NCBI GenBank assembly: GCA_003971905.1
Contig: RSEE01000005.1
Span: 248,001 to 312,000 of the forward strand
Source of the DNA: Moniliella sp. 'wahieum'
Taxonomy: Eukaryota
Length of the DNA: 64,000 nucleotides
Reading direction: 5' to 3'
Positions 11,517 through 23,459 of the stretch are shown here, in pieces. The notes under the pieces are model-generated. The model ran no database searches, was not told the DNA's origin, and was given only the letters and a program-made list of their open reading frames with translations. How positions within the stretch are numbered: the first letter of the stretch is position 1; every line of letters begins with the position of its first letter. The position numbers were made by a program, and so were the translations under genes.

Positions 11517-13684
11517 TTAGCGAAGCGTCGCCAGCGACGTTCGTGTCCGAATACGGAACAGTTTCTTTTGGACAAATCTGCCGTCCCAAAAGGAGGGGGT
11601 GGATGGGCAAGGAAATGGTCCGGAGGCAATGCGGGCAGGAGGAAGGTTAGGGTCCTTGCGAACCGATACGAGCGAAGCCAAGGAAGCTTTGGATCGAAGA
11701 CGGGACTTTAGACCACCCTTTTTGGGCAGCGAGGGAGTCGTCGGGTGATGCACGTTTCGGGGGTGAAACTACCCACCTGCTCTTCTTCCCTGTGACTGTT
11801 TGACGATGCGCAGGGCAGAAATCGGTCCGGCGAGTGTGTGGAGGCAGAGTGAGAACTGGTTGAGGCCGACGCAGGACTGAAAGGGCGGGTGGAAGCTGGA
11901 CGAATAAATGATAGGGGTGATGAGATGGGGGCGATGCCGCGCTGGTTGGGTGACAGAGAGAGAGAGACGAAGAGGTAGCAAGGTAAGATGTGTTGTTCAT
12001 TCCAACACTCCAATCGTCTTGGGGCTCTGGGTCCAACCGAGATGCGTTCTTGGTCCCGCCGATGCAGTCGACCGAAGCCCGGGAGGAACATGTTCGGTAG
12101 CGTGTACCTATTGTCCAAAGAGAAGACACTTACGGAGTGCCTTGGTCTGTACCTTTGAGGAAACCGTTGATGACAAGAAGGTCGGAGCTGGCGAAGAGGG
12201 TCTTCCTTCTCGATTCTCCATTGTCTCCTGCCCGTTTGGCACAGAAAGAAGATGGCAGTCATATTTCTTCCAAAGCCAGAACTGGGACCGTGCACAAGGT
12301 CCCGAGACTGGGACGTTGGCCAATGGCCGTCTAGGGAGGAGCCGCTCGGCCCGGTACCGGTATGATTGAAGGACTTTCTCCAAAGAGTGCTGGCTCTGGC
12401 GCCCTCGGGGTGAGGGCTCCCTGGGTAGATCCCAACTGGAAAGGGATTGGGGTGGTGCCGTCGGCGCACTGAATGACGGAGCCAAGTCGTGGGGCAAAAG
12501 AGTACCCCACTCGCCCAATCCGGCACCTGACAAGCGAATACTGAGCCTAGGGGGTTGATGAGCTTCGGCCCTGTGCAAATACACGTGGGACTTGGACCTA
12601 GGCGAAGTAAGGATGGGTCTGTGGTTTGACCCGGGCCCACGCAAAGAAGCACGGGTTGAACCGTCGATTCCCTTGTCGGAAAGAAAACCGCTCGATTCGT
12701 TGCGAAGAAAATCCGATGTCGGCTCCGTGGGAATGGTTGAGGTTGTGGTGGAAGCACGAGATAAGGGTCTGCCTGAATGAACAGAAGAAGCACAGCTTCT
12801 TGTCGCTGTCATTGTAGCTGCGGGAACACAGGGGTTAGAAGGTGGCAAATACAAGAACCAATAATAAGAACATACTCTTGGCCTCGTCCCTCGACCCGTG
12901 CGAGGGGGGCAAAGAGAAGGGGGGGCTGTTGGCGTAGTGGGTGAGGTGGATGTTGCAGGAAGCAGATCGGAATGAGCTGAAAGGCTAGAGGCGGTTTGTA
13001 CCGACGTGTCGCTCTTCCTAAAGGAACTTGAGCCATAGGGGGGAATGGGTGCCGTGCTAACCCACGGGGATGATGAGGAGAAAGATGACGGCGCCAAGAC
13101 AGCATCAAGCTTAAGGATACTGTCGCGTTCGCCGCGACAAGCAAATGACATGGGCGATGACGAAGCATCCCGATTGGGCATATCGTGTGGGATGTCTTCG
13201 TGCGTTTTTGGCTCTCAGGCGGGCGAGTGGGTGTATCCAGCATTTCTTCCTGCCCATCTGATTCATCCCATAGCTGTCCAGTATGTGAGTGGGGATGGGG
13301 GAAGGTGTGGACCAGGTCTGAGAGGAAGTTGGCCGAGCGGGACCGCATGCCCCCAAGGGGTGGTGCACTTGACGTTTTGGCACTTGATGTTGTACTGCTG
13401 GTAGTCGGAGTAGGACGGATGCGGTGATGCAAGGCTACGAGGCGAGGTTGGAAGGACGAGAGTAGCGAGTGACCTGAGGGCGCCCGGGGAGCGCCAAGCC
13501 GACTGCCTTCGTCCGTCGGGGAGAGGACAGACAGAGGCGCGGGGGGGGGGCTTACGACCGGCGCGGCTTTGCCACCGTGGTTGTCGCGCCGCCGTGACAA
13601 AGGAGTTCGATCCCTCTTCCGTGTGGGCTGATGGAGGCGAAGGTAAATGAGGCGGGACGGGGAAAGGGGCCTTTCGCGCTCCAT
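11517..13684 (-). CDS. Hypothetical Ser/Pro-rich, probably disordered protein
   Basis: Chain of long overlapping minus-strand ORFs (12809-13807, 12108-13181, 11517-11753) and a canonical-looking intron (GTATGT...CTAAC...CAG, about 12817-12874). No recognisable domain. Confidence 0.5.
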
Positions 13685-15312
13685 TGGAGTGATGGAGGTG
13701 GGAGGGAGCGGGAGGGGATGGTGGTGGTGGCGCCCAAAGATTCGAGCGATGGGAGAGGGTGGCAATGTTGGCCAATATGAGGCCACGCTGGAGGAGCTGG
13801 CAGGCAAGCGGCAAGGGGGCGAACGGTAGCCTCTCTTATTGTCGTTACGACAGTGACCAGAAAACCAGACTGCGCACCAGTCAGACAGGCGGCTTGGCGC
13901 CAGTGTCCCTAGGCCAGGGTGCGGGGGGCACGGCGCCAGTGGCTGCGTTCGCGATCGACATGGGTCGCAGGCACGCCGATGGAGCCACGTGCCTCACATC
14001 GCTAACCTTGTGGCTCCGCCTAACCTTTGAAATGTAGCAAGGAAAGCGCAGCAGGCGGAGTGCCGCCGCCACCATCGGTGCTTTGCAGAGGGTTGGCCAA
14101 CTCGGCCAGCTTTTGCCCCCTGGCTGTCTCGAAGCTTCACGTCCATGCACTGCTAAATACGTACATGCTACGTTGCCCCTGGCTTAGACCCTCTCCTACA
14201 TGGCACCATCGAATGCCACCCTGTTGCGCTCCTCGAGCTTCCTCAAGCTTCAAGGTGATCGGATCTGATGCATGATGTCGCCTCCGGCATCCCGCGAGAG
14301 AGGTGCCACTGCCTGGCAAGCACGGCCGGGGGGTACGTTCTGGTACGTTGCGGTAGCAAAAAGCACAGACCATCGGATCACATATAGGTGTGGTACGCGG
14401 TACTGGCGTCGTCAACAATGCTACTGCGCCACCACCAATTCAGATCATTATTGTTGGAAGCTTTTGTTTATTTAATCCACACGGCAAACTTAGAAAGCCG
14501 CAGATCTCCGATCCCTCCGAGGTCTGAGATACTGAGTTCTAAGGTTGGTAAATACATAAAAGCGTACTGCGCTTTTGTTTACATGGCATACGGGTCGGCT
14601 ATGTGGCAACTTTTTTGTTATTAAAACACTGCTTTAGCTTAGCAACACTGCTTTTTAGCAACACTTCTGTTGCCTTTTCGGCAAAATATCATTGTTCTCC
14701 CGCTCTTTTCTGAATCAGGAAGTGTTCCTGATCGAAGATATCAATAGATACTTAGTATCTCTTTTGGGCACGGGCAGAGAGTATATATATAGCCCCCCAG
14801 ACTATAGTACAACTTATACTAATACCACAAGCGGGGTCTCACATGTGTGTCAAGCTTCAAGTGCATCGTTATATCACAGGCCCCTCCACGACATTAAAAA
14901 AGACTCTCCATCGTCTACACTCTCCGCATTGAGATCCTTCCCCCCCACCTCTCGCTCCACCTTAAAGAAAGTGGACCATATAGAAGTAGCTATGCTAGTA
15001 ATAGAGGAAAGCGCAGCACCACGGCGATCATAGTATACTGTTAATTGTCTGTAAGCAGTCGTCGACAGGAAAGCCCCTGAGGCCTGAAGGACGGATCCCG
15101 GGGGCTGAGCGCTGACAGAATGGCGGAGCTTCATCCGCACTGTGAACGTTGGGCCTGCCGGTAATCTTGAAGCTCAGCAGCTTACCACCTCTCCCTACCA
15201 CCTCTTGGTGGCCTCCTCTCTTCTACGAGCGTGAAAGTCGCACCACTCTCCGTTTACTGGCTACGCTTTACGCGTTACAGGATATATATAGCGGGTTTTT
15301 CCAAGCACCACT

Positions 15313-15552
15313 TGTTGGCCTAGGGAGCCGGACGGGCAGAAGGATGAGGAGAAGGTGATGGATTGGAGCCAGAGTTGGGTCTGGGTACAGAGGCATCTAT
15401 ATAGGAGGCTGGACTAGGCACAGGGACAGTGAGTCACACAGGAGAGAGTGCAGGGCACAGGGACAGTGACACGCAGGGACGTCAGCGTGGAAGCCGATGG
15501 AACCGAGGCGAACCTGGTCTACCGACTGGGAGCCAGAGGATCACAGTCAACA
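15313..15552 (-). repeat. 3' LTR (240 bp)
   Basis: Matches 16465-16703 except for one G in a homopolymer. Contains a TATA-like CTATATAG and an internal direct repeat GCACAGGGACAGTGA x2. Confidence 0.95.
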
Positions 15553-16270
15553 CCCCCGCTGGCCAGGGAACCCGGAGACATCGGTTGTGGGATGAGCTCC
15601 TGCCAGTGGATGTAGAGAGGGGAGGACTTGAGTGGCAACCGGGACGAATGGCCTGGAGTTGTGCATGGCCACACGACTGGCCTACACCCCCGCTGTCCAG
15701 GATGACACCTGAACGAGCCGAGCGCTTGTGGTTGGTGTATTGTGCGACCGCCAGATGCTTGTAGAAGTCTTAGAAGTAAAAGTAGTAGGGGTTGCGCCCC
15801 GAAGCGATTTGGTGGCAAAAGTAAAAAGCACCAGTTATAGGTGTAGTGAAAGAAAATTGGAAACTTGGAGTAAATGCGGTCCAAGGTCGTTTGGCATCAA
15901 AATTGGATGCGTTTGGTAGTTGTTTGGTTCCGCATGCCTGGTGCCAGGGGTCCATTGGGCATGGGAAATGAACGGGCGCTATGCGTCAACCGTCTTGATG
16001 TTTGGGTTCTCTTTGTTGTTGAAAAAGAGGAGTGGAAGAAGTTGGGTGACCACCCCCCCCCATCCTTTCCCCAGGTGCCCCGGATGAATTGGCAATCCGG
16101 GGCGTGTAGCCGTGGGTGGGGCACTTGATGAGCAGCCACCCCCGCTTTCTGCGATTCGCCTGCGCCGTTTTGTCGTTGGAGGAATTTCGTCTCGTTGACG
16201 ATACCCGACACGTTTTGTTCCGTCGTGTGTTGTCCCTAAAAATCATTGCCCCATCTGTGGGGGACGAGTG

Positions 16271-16343
16271 TGCCGATTGTGGCGGTAGTATGCCGATTGT
16301 GGCGGGTATGCCGATTGTGGCGGTAAGGTGCCGATTGTGGCGG
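16271..16343. repeat. Four copies of TGCCGATTGTGGCGG inside the LTR element
   Basis: Read directly. Encodes (Y)PPQSA-like repeats on the minus strand. Confidence 0.9.
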
Positions 16344-16464
16344 TGGTTGTTGGGCGGGAGGACGGGTGTGTCTTGTGGGCTTGGCGGCTTAGCTTGGGCT
16401 TGTAGGCTTGGGGGTGGGCTTGCTTGAAGAGCGCTCCCCTTCCGGGGGGATCAGATTGTAGCTC

Positions 16465-16703
16465 TGTTGGCCTAGGAGCCGGACGGGCAGAAGGATGAGG
16501 AGAAGGTGATGGATTGGAGCCAGAGTTGGGTCTGGGTACAGAGGCATCTATATAGGAGGCTGGACTAGGCACAGGGACAGTGAGTCACACAGGAGAGAGT
16601 GCAGGGCACAGGGACAGTGACACGCAGGGACGTCAGCGTGGAAGCCGATGGAACCGAGGCGAACCTGGTCTACCGACTGGGAGCCAGAGGATCACAGTCA
16701 ACA
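16465..16703 (-). repeat. 5' LTR (239 bp)
   Basis: Direct repeat of 15313-15552 with TG...CA termini. Confidence 0.95.
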
Positions 16704-17442
16704 CCACTCTTTTGCGAAGAGTATGCAATCGTGAAAGGGATATACCGCCAATTCAATGGGTTACGGCGTTTTTTTGCTCACATGAAGCTTGAAGCTGCTG
16801 TGGCTGCGGCGTGCTGAAAGCATTGGAGTAGGCGTGCTTTGGCGGCTTCGCGGCTCAGATATTGTTGGGCCATATGTCTTGTAGCCAGCAAGAGGGCCTG
16901 AAGGTCCTGAAGTCTGAGACTGAGATCAGAGGTGTATATGATGGAGAGAGTGGATGTCTTTGCGTGCTCTACTGTACTAGCAGCCCTAAGGGAGTGATTC
17001 TTTGACCAACAGAACCATCTGCATGATGCCGCGTGACGAGAACGGCATCCTTTTGGCATATGACTTCTTTGGTTAGTAGAAATTATTATTCCCTTCTCAC
17101 CTGTTGCCTCTCCATCCGTCTCATCAATATGCTGTGGTTCATTGAGCCGAAGCCGCACGCGAGATGCAGAATTGAAGGCTGCTATACACTGCAGTATGAC
17201 ACCCTTCTCACTTTGGTTTACGTGCGTCTAGAGCCGGTGCGCGCTATTGTTTTTGCACTGTAGTGGGCGTATCTGCGGGAGTAGTAAAGTTGGCCACGCT
17301 TCTCTTTCGGAGCGCAGGCTATGCCCCACTTGCGCATATACATACTATCGGAAGGGATCTGCTTTGTGCCCGCATCTTTGCGTTGGTTATTGCGATACGG
17401 ATATGATCGTTGTGTCAGGCTGCATGAGCGTACAAGTTCTGC

Positions 17443-18323
17443 TCATATGTTGGCCGTCACACCCGGCGCCTTGGCTTGGGTCCAGGTCGCATCGACACGA
17501 TCGAGCATGGCCTGAACCTGCCGAAGGGCAGCTTTGCGCGCTTGGCGCAGCTCGTCCGTCGGTGCCTGAACATTATCCATCAGGGACAGAAGCTGGCGTA
17601 ACAGCAGTTCCGAAATCTTTTTTTTGCTCCAATACAACTTGGTGCACGTTAAACCGGCCTGTGGTCACCGCGTTGGGTCCGGTCAAACTGATGGTCTCGG
17701 GTGCCACTTCAGGAGCAGCCTGTTTTGGCGCCAGACCCTCTTGTGCAACAGCTGCTACACTCTGTTCTAGCTGCACCATCTCGGGGAGAAGCTCGACCTG
17801 GGCAACGTGCTGGGCCGCCTGGATGCGACACCGAATGCCTTCCTACTGATCCGCCTCGGATGCCTTGCGTTTTGCCGCAGCTGCTGCTGCCTCAAATTCA
17901 GGGGTAGGACAGTACTCGGGTGTGGGAACGCGGGGCTCTACGCGCGGCGCCTGTGCCTTTCGCCTACCAGGGGGGTGGTTGGTGCGTCGGCGCTGCAGCG
18001 GTTGTCCCACCAACGTCACGCAGTCTCCGTCGCGCAGACAGTACTAAGCCAAAGAGACAGTGTCGTGAGTCATTCTTCCATCCGAGGAAAACACTTGCAT
18101 CTTGTCGTACGGTACTTATGTGGCTGCTTGGATTTCCTCCTTGAGGTCGGCGAGCGCTACTTCTTGCGGATTCTTGGGCAGCGGGGAGGGACAGCTTCTG
18201 TTTGTCCCATCGTACGTCAATGCAGTGGATGGGCGGAGGCGGAGGCGGAACGGCCGGGCGTCAGGAGCGAGCAGGGCCCGGGTGCGTGGGCGGTCCAGAG
18301 CGCAAGTTGGACGGCCAGGACAT
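17443..18323 (-). pseudogene. Ubiquitin-like plus BAG domain Hsp70 co-chaperone (BAG1-like) with three in-frame stop codons
   Basis: UBL-like LADLKEEIQAAT*VPYDKMQVF...VSLA*YCLRDGDCVTLVG and BAG-like ISELLLRQLLSL.DNV...RQARKAALRQVQAMLDRVD. Stops at 18116-18118, 18044-18046 and 17843-17845. Family call is good; pseudogene status is uncertain given assembly quality. Confidence 0.7.
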
Positions 18324-18585
18324 GGCGGGCTTCTGTGGCTCCTCTTCCCCGTGGACCGTGGTGGGGCGAGCGGGGGTGGGTCTGGCGGGCACAGTGCAGG
18401 CGGCCAGGGGCGGAGCGAGATCTGCAGTGGAAATCGGACGTCTGGATTTGAATGTTTGAAAGTGCCACTCTGTCGATGGGGACGCATGCATGTATGCGTG
18501 GTGCACTCCTGTGGAGAGAGGCGCTGACGTACACAGGCGCGCCAGAGCAACCACTGGGCGTATCAACCGCACCCGCATCCATCCC

Positions 18586-18632
18586 CCCCACCCCCACCCC
18601 CACCTCCACCTCCACCTCCACCTCCACCTCAC
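18586..18632. repeat. (CCACCC/CCACCT)n hexamer tract in the YKT6 5' region
   Basis: Read directly. Confidence 0.85.
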
Positions 18633-18657
18633 CCCCCTCGTCGCCCGGCAAGAAGAC

Positions 18658-19544
18658 ATGTGCGTCTCGTTTCGTCTGCTGCGTTGTGCTGGACAAGCTC
18701 ACGGGACTGACCCTTGCGGTGCGACAGGAAGTTGTGTGCGTTGCGCGCGCCGGTCCAGCTTGGACGTAGTACTGACCTGCCAGATAACCACAATCCTCAC
18801 CCTTGACACCACAGACGGCATCTTGATCTATGCCCAGCCGCCCGGAGGCAGGCGGTGCCGCTGTCCAGCGCCTGGGACCTCACCTCCTTCAGCTGGCTCC
18901 AGCGTAGCACTGTCCAGGACATCATGGCCTTCATGGCCAAGGTGCGTATCTTTCTCTGCTGCGTGTGATCTGGGCTGATGCATCATGCCTGCCTCCCTCT
19001 ACCTTGCCTTGCCCTGCTAGACGGTGGCTGAGCGCACTCGTCCCACTCAGCGGCAGAGTGTACAGCAGAACGAGTATGTGGCCCACGTCCATGTCCGCCC
19101 TGCCTCTGAGGGGATCAGTGGGGTGCTCGTCAGCGACACAGAATACCCCACCCGTGTGGCCTACTCGCTGCTCAACAAGGCGCTCGACGAGTTCTCACTC
19201 AAGGTGCCTCGCTCTCTGTACGACGCCCAAGTCAACCGTATTCTATCCGGGGGCGCCAATCCGCCTGCCAAGGGCGAGGGCATCCTCAATGCCCAGAACG
19301 CTTTCCCTCAAGGCACCGAGTATTTGACGCGGTACCAAGACCCGCGCCAGGCCGACCAGATCATGCAGGTCCAGCAGCAGCTTGACGATACCAAGATTGT
19401 GCTGCACCAGACCATCGACTCGGTTTTGCGCCGTGGTGAGGACCTGGACAAGTTGGTAGAGAGAGCAGCTCGCTCAACGAACAGAGCAAAATGTTTTACA
19501 GCACTGCTCGCAAAACCAACTCTTCGTGCTGCACCATCATGTAA
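18658..19544 (+). CDS. YKT6: R-SNARE Ykt6 (longin plus synaptobrevin domains, prenylation motif)
   Basis: WDLTSFSWLQRSTVQDIMAF, TVAERT, EYPTRVAYSLL, YQDPRQADQIMQVQQQLDDTKIVLHQTIDSVLRRGEDLDKLV and C-terminal CCTIM* (stop ends 19544). Confidence 0.95.
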
Positions 19545-19921
19545 CCAGTTTGAGCTACCGCTTGTCTCCAGGACTCCTCGCACTGTCCCCCTCTTCCTCC
19601 TCCAGTTGGTATACGATCCTTGCCTCTATCTTATCTATCAGCGATTGGCAAGGCCAACGGTTGCCTTTGCACATGCAGAAATTAGTCCGGCCACGGGGGC
19701 GTGTAGGGATGCTCAGCGCTGCTGAAGGGATGCAAGTACAAGGATGGGAATCATGTGTGCAGGTGTGGTGAAAATCTGCTCCGGAGGGCCTCGAACCCAA
19801 GGAGATCTCACCCGTAAAGTAAATTAGCAAGCTGTTCGCGCACCATGGCCGTCAACTCGTCTGGCTGGTCGAGTCCTCTGCCTCTGGCTTGGACGTCGGG
19901 ACCAACGTGTCCGGAACCTCG

Positions 19922-22575
19922 TCAGACCGCGCCGTCTGCCACGCGGGCGAAGGGGCAGAGGGAATGTGCTCCATGTCCTGATAGTACCGCGCCAGTTGGT
20001 CGGTGATCCGGTCCAGGTCTTGGCCTAGCATCTCGACCGTCCCAACTGCTGGAGGGCCAATGGGAGGGGCAGGACTTGTCGTACATCCACCGCCTGGGTT
20101 TCATCCGACCCATCAGTTCCACTGCCCTGTCGTTGGGGTGCGCGGGGCACCTGAGCAGCAGTGGAACGTCGTGGGCGCAGCTTTAGCCGCAGGCGAGGTG
20201 CCCTGCGAACAGCAGGCGTAGTAATATCCACCACCTCCTCGTCCGAGGAAATGTCAATGCCAATCACCTCTCCCTGTGTCAAACGCGGGATCGGACGGGA
20301 AGTCAAGGAACCTACACACTGCGCAACCTCCTTTTCCTCCGAATCGTCCTCTTCGTCGCTGGAAATGACCATGACGTCGGTGGTCGGGGGAAGGATGAGT
20401 TGTTGAAGCACACATTCCACCTCGGAATGAGATGTGTCTTCCAGCTTTGCACCATCGCCAGAACGGGTGGAACTCTTGGGCGACTGGAATATGGGATCGC
20501 CGGAAGGTATCGATGATGGACCAAACGACCGTTTAGGAGCCCGTCGTTTGAGCGAACTGTCTAACACCTGGTTACCACGATCATCGGCCGCAGACGAAAG
20601 GGGAGCCTGCTCATCACGTTCACCGGCTGCATCGGACAGGGGAGCCTGCTCACAACGCCTTTTGGCTGCATCCGAAACTGGCAAGTGAATCGGCGCCACA
20701 CCGTGAGACAATGGAGGGTTATGGTTGCGTCGAACTGGCTGAGCGACGGGCGTGATCGAAGGTCGATGCGAAAGGAAGAGTTGTAGGAATGCTGGGGATG
20801 GAGCATGATTCGGTTTTCTGCTCCTCTTGCTGCGCAGCGACGGGAAGCATGCCCCGTGCCTGGGCACGTCGAGCCATCCGGTCTGGATCTGGTGGATGGT
20901 AAGAAGGGCGGGACAGGAGCCTTTTGACGAGGGTGGTGGGGCCGTGACAGAGACGAGGGGGCCTAGCAACCGCTGGCTCACCTGGCGGGGACGGAGATGG
21001 AGAGGGGCATGCGAGTGAGACGGGTCAGAGGGGATCAGACGGTTGCCCAACCGATCCCAGCGAAGATACAGGTTGTTGGAAAGGGTTGTGCAACAAAGGA
21101 TCCTGCCTCTGTGTTGGTCACTCGACCAAGTCTCAACTCAGAGCCGGACGTAGACTTGGAGAAAGGGTATGGGGTCTTGGTCTTGGACAGAGACATTATT
21201 TGGGTACGGGTTTGATCGGATTGAGGCAACCGTTTAGCAGCACCCTTCGACCGTTTGGACGCACGGGACGAAGCCCGGCCTTTCTTTCCTCCTTTCGTTT
21301 TCGCTTGCGGCCAGCGCGGGCGTCCATCACGCCAATGCACGTCGAGGTGCCGCACAGACACTCCATGGGTTTCGAAACTGACTTAAAACTTTCCCAAGCT
21401 AACAGACCCCCGATATGTCAGTACAATCTGGGCCTAACAAAGATGTGTGAGGGGAGGGGGGGGGGGGGGTGAAGCTTGAAGAACATACAGTAATCATATG
21501 TCAACTCTTCGCCAGCGGCAATGTCGCGAGAAGCAAAGAATCCCATCTCAAACTCGGCAGAGCGCGGTTCGTCGTTTCCATAAAGGATAAACTTCTGGAG
21601 GTAGCCATTTGGTTCGCAACTGTGATTGGCAAACCGCACGCGGTTGCCCTTGATGGCCGAGTCAAGGTACTGCTTTCCAGCGGGGTCGTAGACAACAATG
21701 TAAAAGTTGCCCAGCTTCACGTACAGTTGGGCCACGCGGCGTTGCATCTCGAACTCGTCGATCACTTCGCCACGGTACTCATCAATGAGTTGACCCGCAG
21801 CAATTGGCTCCAGGGTGAAGAGGCCGTAGCCTCGTTTGCCAACACGCTTGACTTGACGCAGCGCGGCACGGCCGGGTGTGGAGAGGCCCGTTCGTACATC
21901 GCTCGCCATTGCGACACAGCTTCGGGTCGCAGAGGATGGACAGATTGCGGTTGATGCACGCGTCGCCACAGTGGTCGTCCCCTTGGGCGGGACAGTCGCA
22001 CTGATTAGCGGGCGCGTCAAGGGGGGCACAATGCCATTCGTTCCGCGGCAGAAAGGCGTAGCGTGGGGCGCATCATTGCCGCGGGGGAAGACAGTGAATG
22101 CAGCCTCGGGGGTGAGGTGCTGCGCTGGAGGAAGGGGTGCCCCGTACTCGCAGCCGACGGCCGACGGTGGTGTGGTAGCGGTGGGCGTGGGCGCAGCAAG
22201 CGCCGAGGCCAGCGTGTACCCGAGAGCGGAGGCAGCCTCAAATTCGGGGCTGAACTCATAGTCCGAGGGAATGTCACTGAGCTCGGATCCGGTGTCGGAA
22301 AGGTCGGAAAAAGAGTGGGCGGGGCTTGCTGGGACCGCGGTGCGGCTGCTGCTGCTGCTGCTGCCGCCACGGTAGCTATTGTGACGGGCTGGGCGAGGGC
22401 TAGTATGGCGGGCGCGACTGCTGGCCATATGAGGGTGGTGGCGGCCATCACGCGTCTCGTAGCTCGCGTGCGTGGACGGAGCGCACCGGCAAGCGGGGGC
22501 GGGGCCCGGGGACGACCGACGGAGGTGGTGGGGGCAGGCGGGGCATGTCCAGGTGTCCGACGCGCTGCCCGGCAA
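19922..22575 (-). CDS. AWS-SET-postSET histone lysine methyltransferase (Ash1/Set2 family, probably H3K36) with a disordered C-terminus
   Basis: AWS cysteines CDC...CGDACINRNLSILCDPKLC...C (alternate frame), RGYGLF, IDEYRGEVI, RFANHSCEPN, ELTYDY and post-SET CLCGTSTCIG after an intron. Likely ATG at 22428; the 3' end is approximate. Confidence 0.85.
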
Positions 22576-23459
22576 ACATGGCGAAACACGGAAGGTCCGA
22601 CGCGACTAACGCGACTTGCAAATTTAAAGTTGCGACTAATAGTTTGCGATAGCCACGGGGCAGAACCAGGCAAAACTCGAGGGTTACCTGGTTACACCGG
22701 CTTCAACAAAAAGGATCCGTCGCTCAAGAATGTCGTGATCCACAACTACCAGCATATCCTCTTCTCCTCTGCCTCACAGGCGGCTCCCGTCCCTCCGCAA
22801 CCAGCAGATCCTGCAGGTACAGATCGTGCTGCCTCCCCCCCGCATTGGCCTCCCGTTCCGGGGTGTGGGGCCAGGATGAGAAATGGCCGGGCGTCGTTGC
22901 TCTCCTCTCCTTCACCCACTTCACCCGGCCCAGTTTTGTGTTATCCCTCCAGGGTGTGCACCATGCTGACGGCCGCCCGGGACTCACACCGCGTGTCTGG
23001 CTCCATGGGGCGTGGAATCTGGAGTGGTCTGAGTGCCCTAAAAGCGGCCTTGCCAGCTCTTCTGCTCGGACCGCTCCTGATGCCGAGATGGCCATCGACG
23101 GCACTGTCACCCCCGGTCGAGGTGTGGTGGCGCGTCGATGTTTGCACGCCTGGGAGCTGGGCATGTGGGCTTAGGCCACTGATGTTGACGTCGAGTCAAT
23201 TGAGGCTGTCGAAGCACGGCCGACCGGGTAGGGCTGGGGCGGGATACCGATCGTGTTGCCTATTTATGTGCCTGACGTTGAGATGACTGTTTCATCCAGT
23301 TTATATCGATCGAACTCATGTATGTCAGCCAGTTTTTTTCATGCCTTCTCGGAATACAAAACAGAGGAAGGGAAGCCATATGTGTTGAGAGGAACTAGGA
23401 CGCGACGGAACCGAACGACCACAAACGCTCCTCAAAGCTCTCAATCTGTTGGCGGCGCT

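Larger units (their letters stand above)
15313..16703 (-). mobile_element. Non-autonomous miniature LTR retroelement (TRIM-like; Ty3/gypsy-type gag remnant, no pol)
   Basis: Two direct LTRs bounded by TGTTG...CAACA. 5-bp TSD CCACT at 15308-15312 and 16704-16708. Purine tract AGCGGGGG abuts the 3' LTR on the minus strand. The about 0.9-kb interior has a degenerate zinc-knuckle-like segment. Confidence 0.93.

Noticed and set aside
14430..14530. RNase P RNA-like ACCAATTCAGA motif
   Set aside because: No appropriately placed upstream CR-I partner motif.
15670..15710. Aspartic-protease-like ILDSGG motif inside the LTR element
   Set aside because: It overlaps the duplicated polypurine tract and has no surrounding protease similarity.
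16271..16343. CRISPR-like repeat array
   Set aside because: 15-bp units with 3-5 bp gaps, no real spacers, no cas genes and a eukaryotic context.
17843..18118. Stop-codon reassignment (TAA/TAG read as Gln) as the explanation for the BAG gene stops
   Set aside because: TAA terminates CSE1, YKT6, GDH and THI4 at the expected positions, and other genes lack in-frame TAA/TAG within conserved frames.
19771..19850. tRNA-like GGGTTCGAGGCCC followed by a T-run on the minus strand
   Set aside because: No matching acceptor stem, D-arm or anticodon arm at the proper spacing.
22680..23300. Possible small gene between the SET and Itc1-like genes
   Set aside because: Only short GC-rich ORFs with no recognisable motif; could be promoter or UTR.
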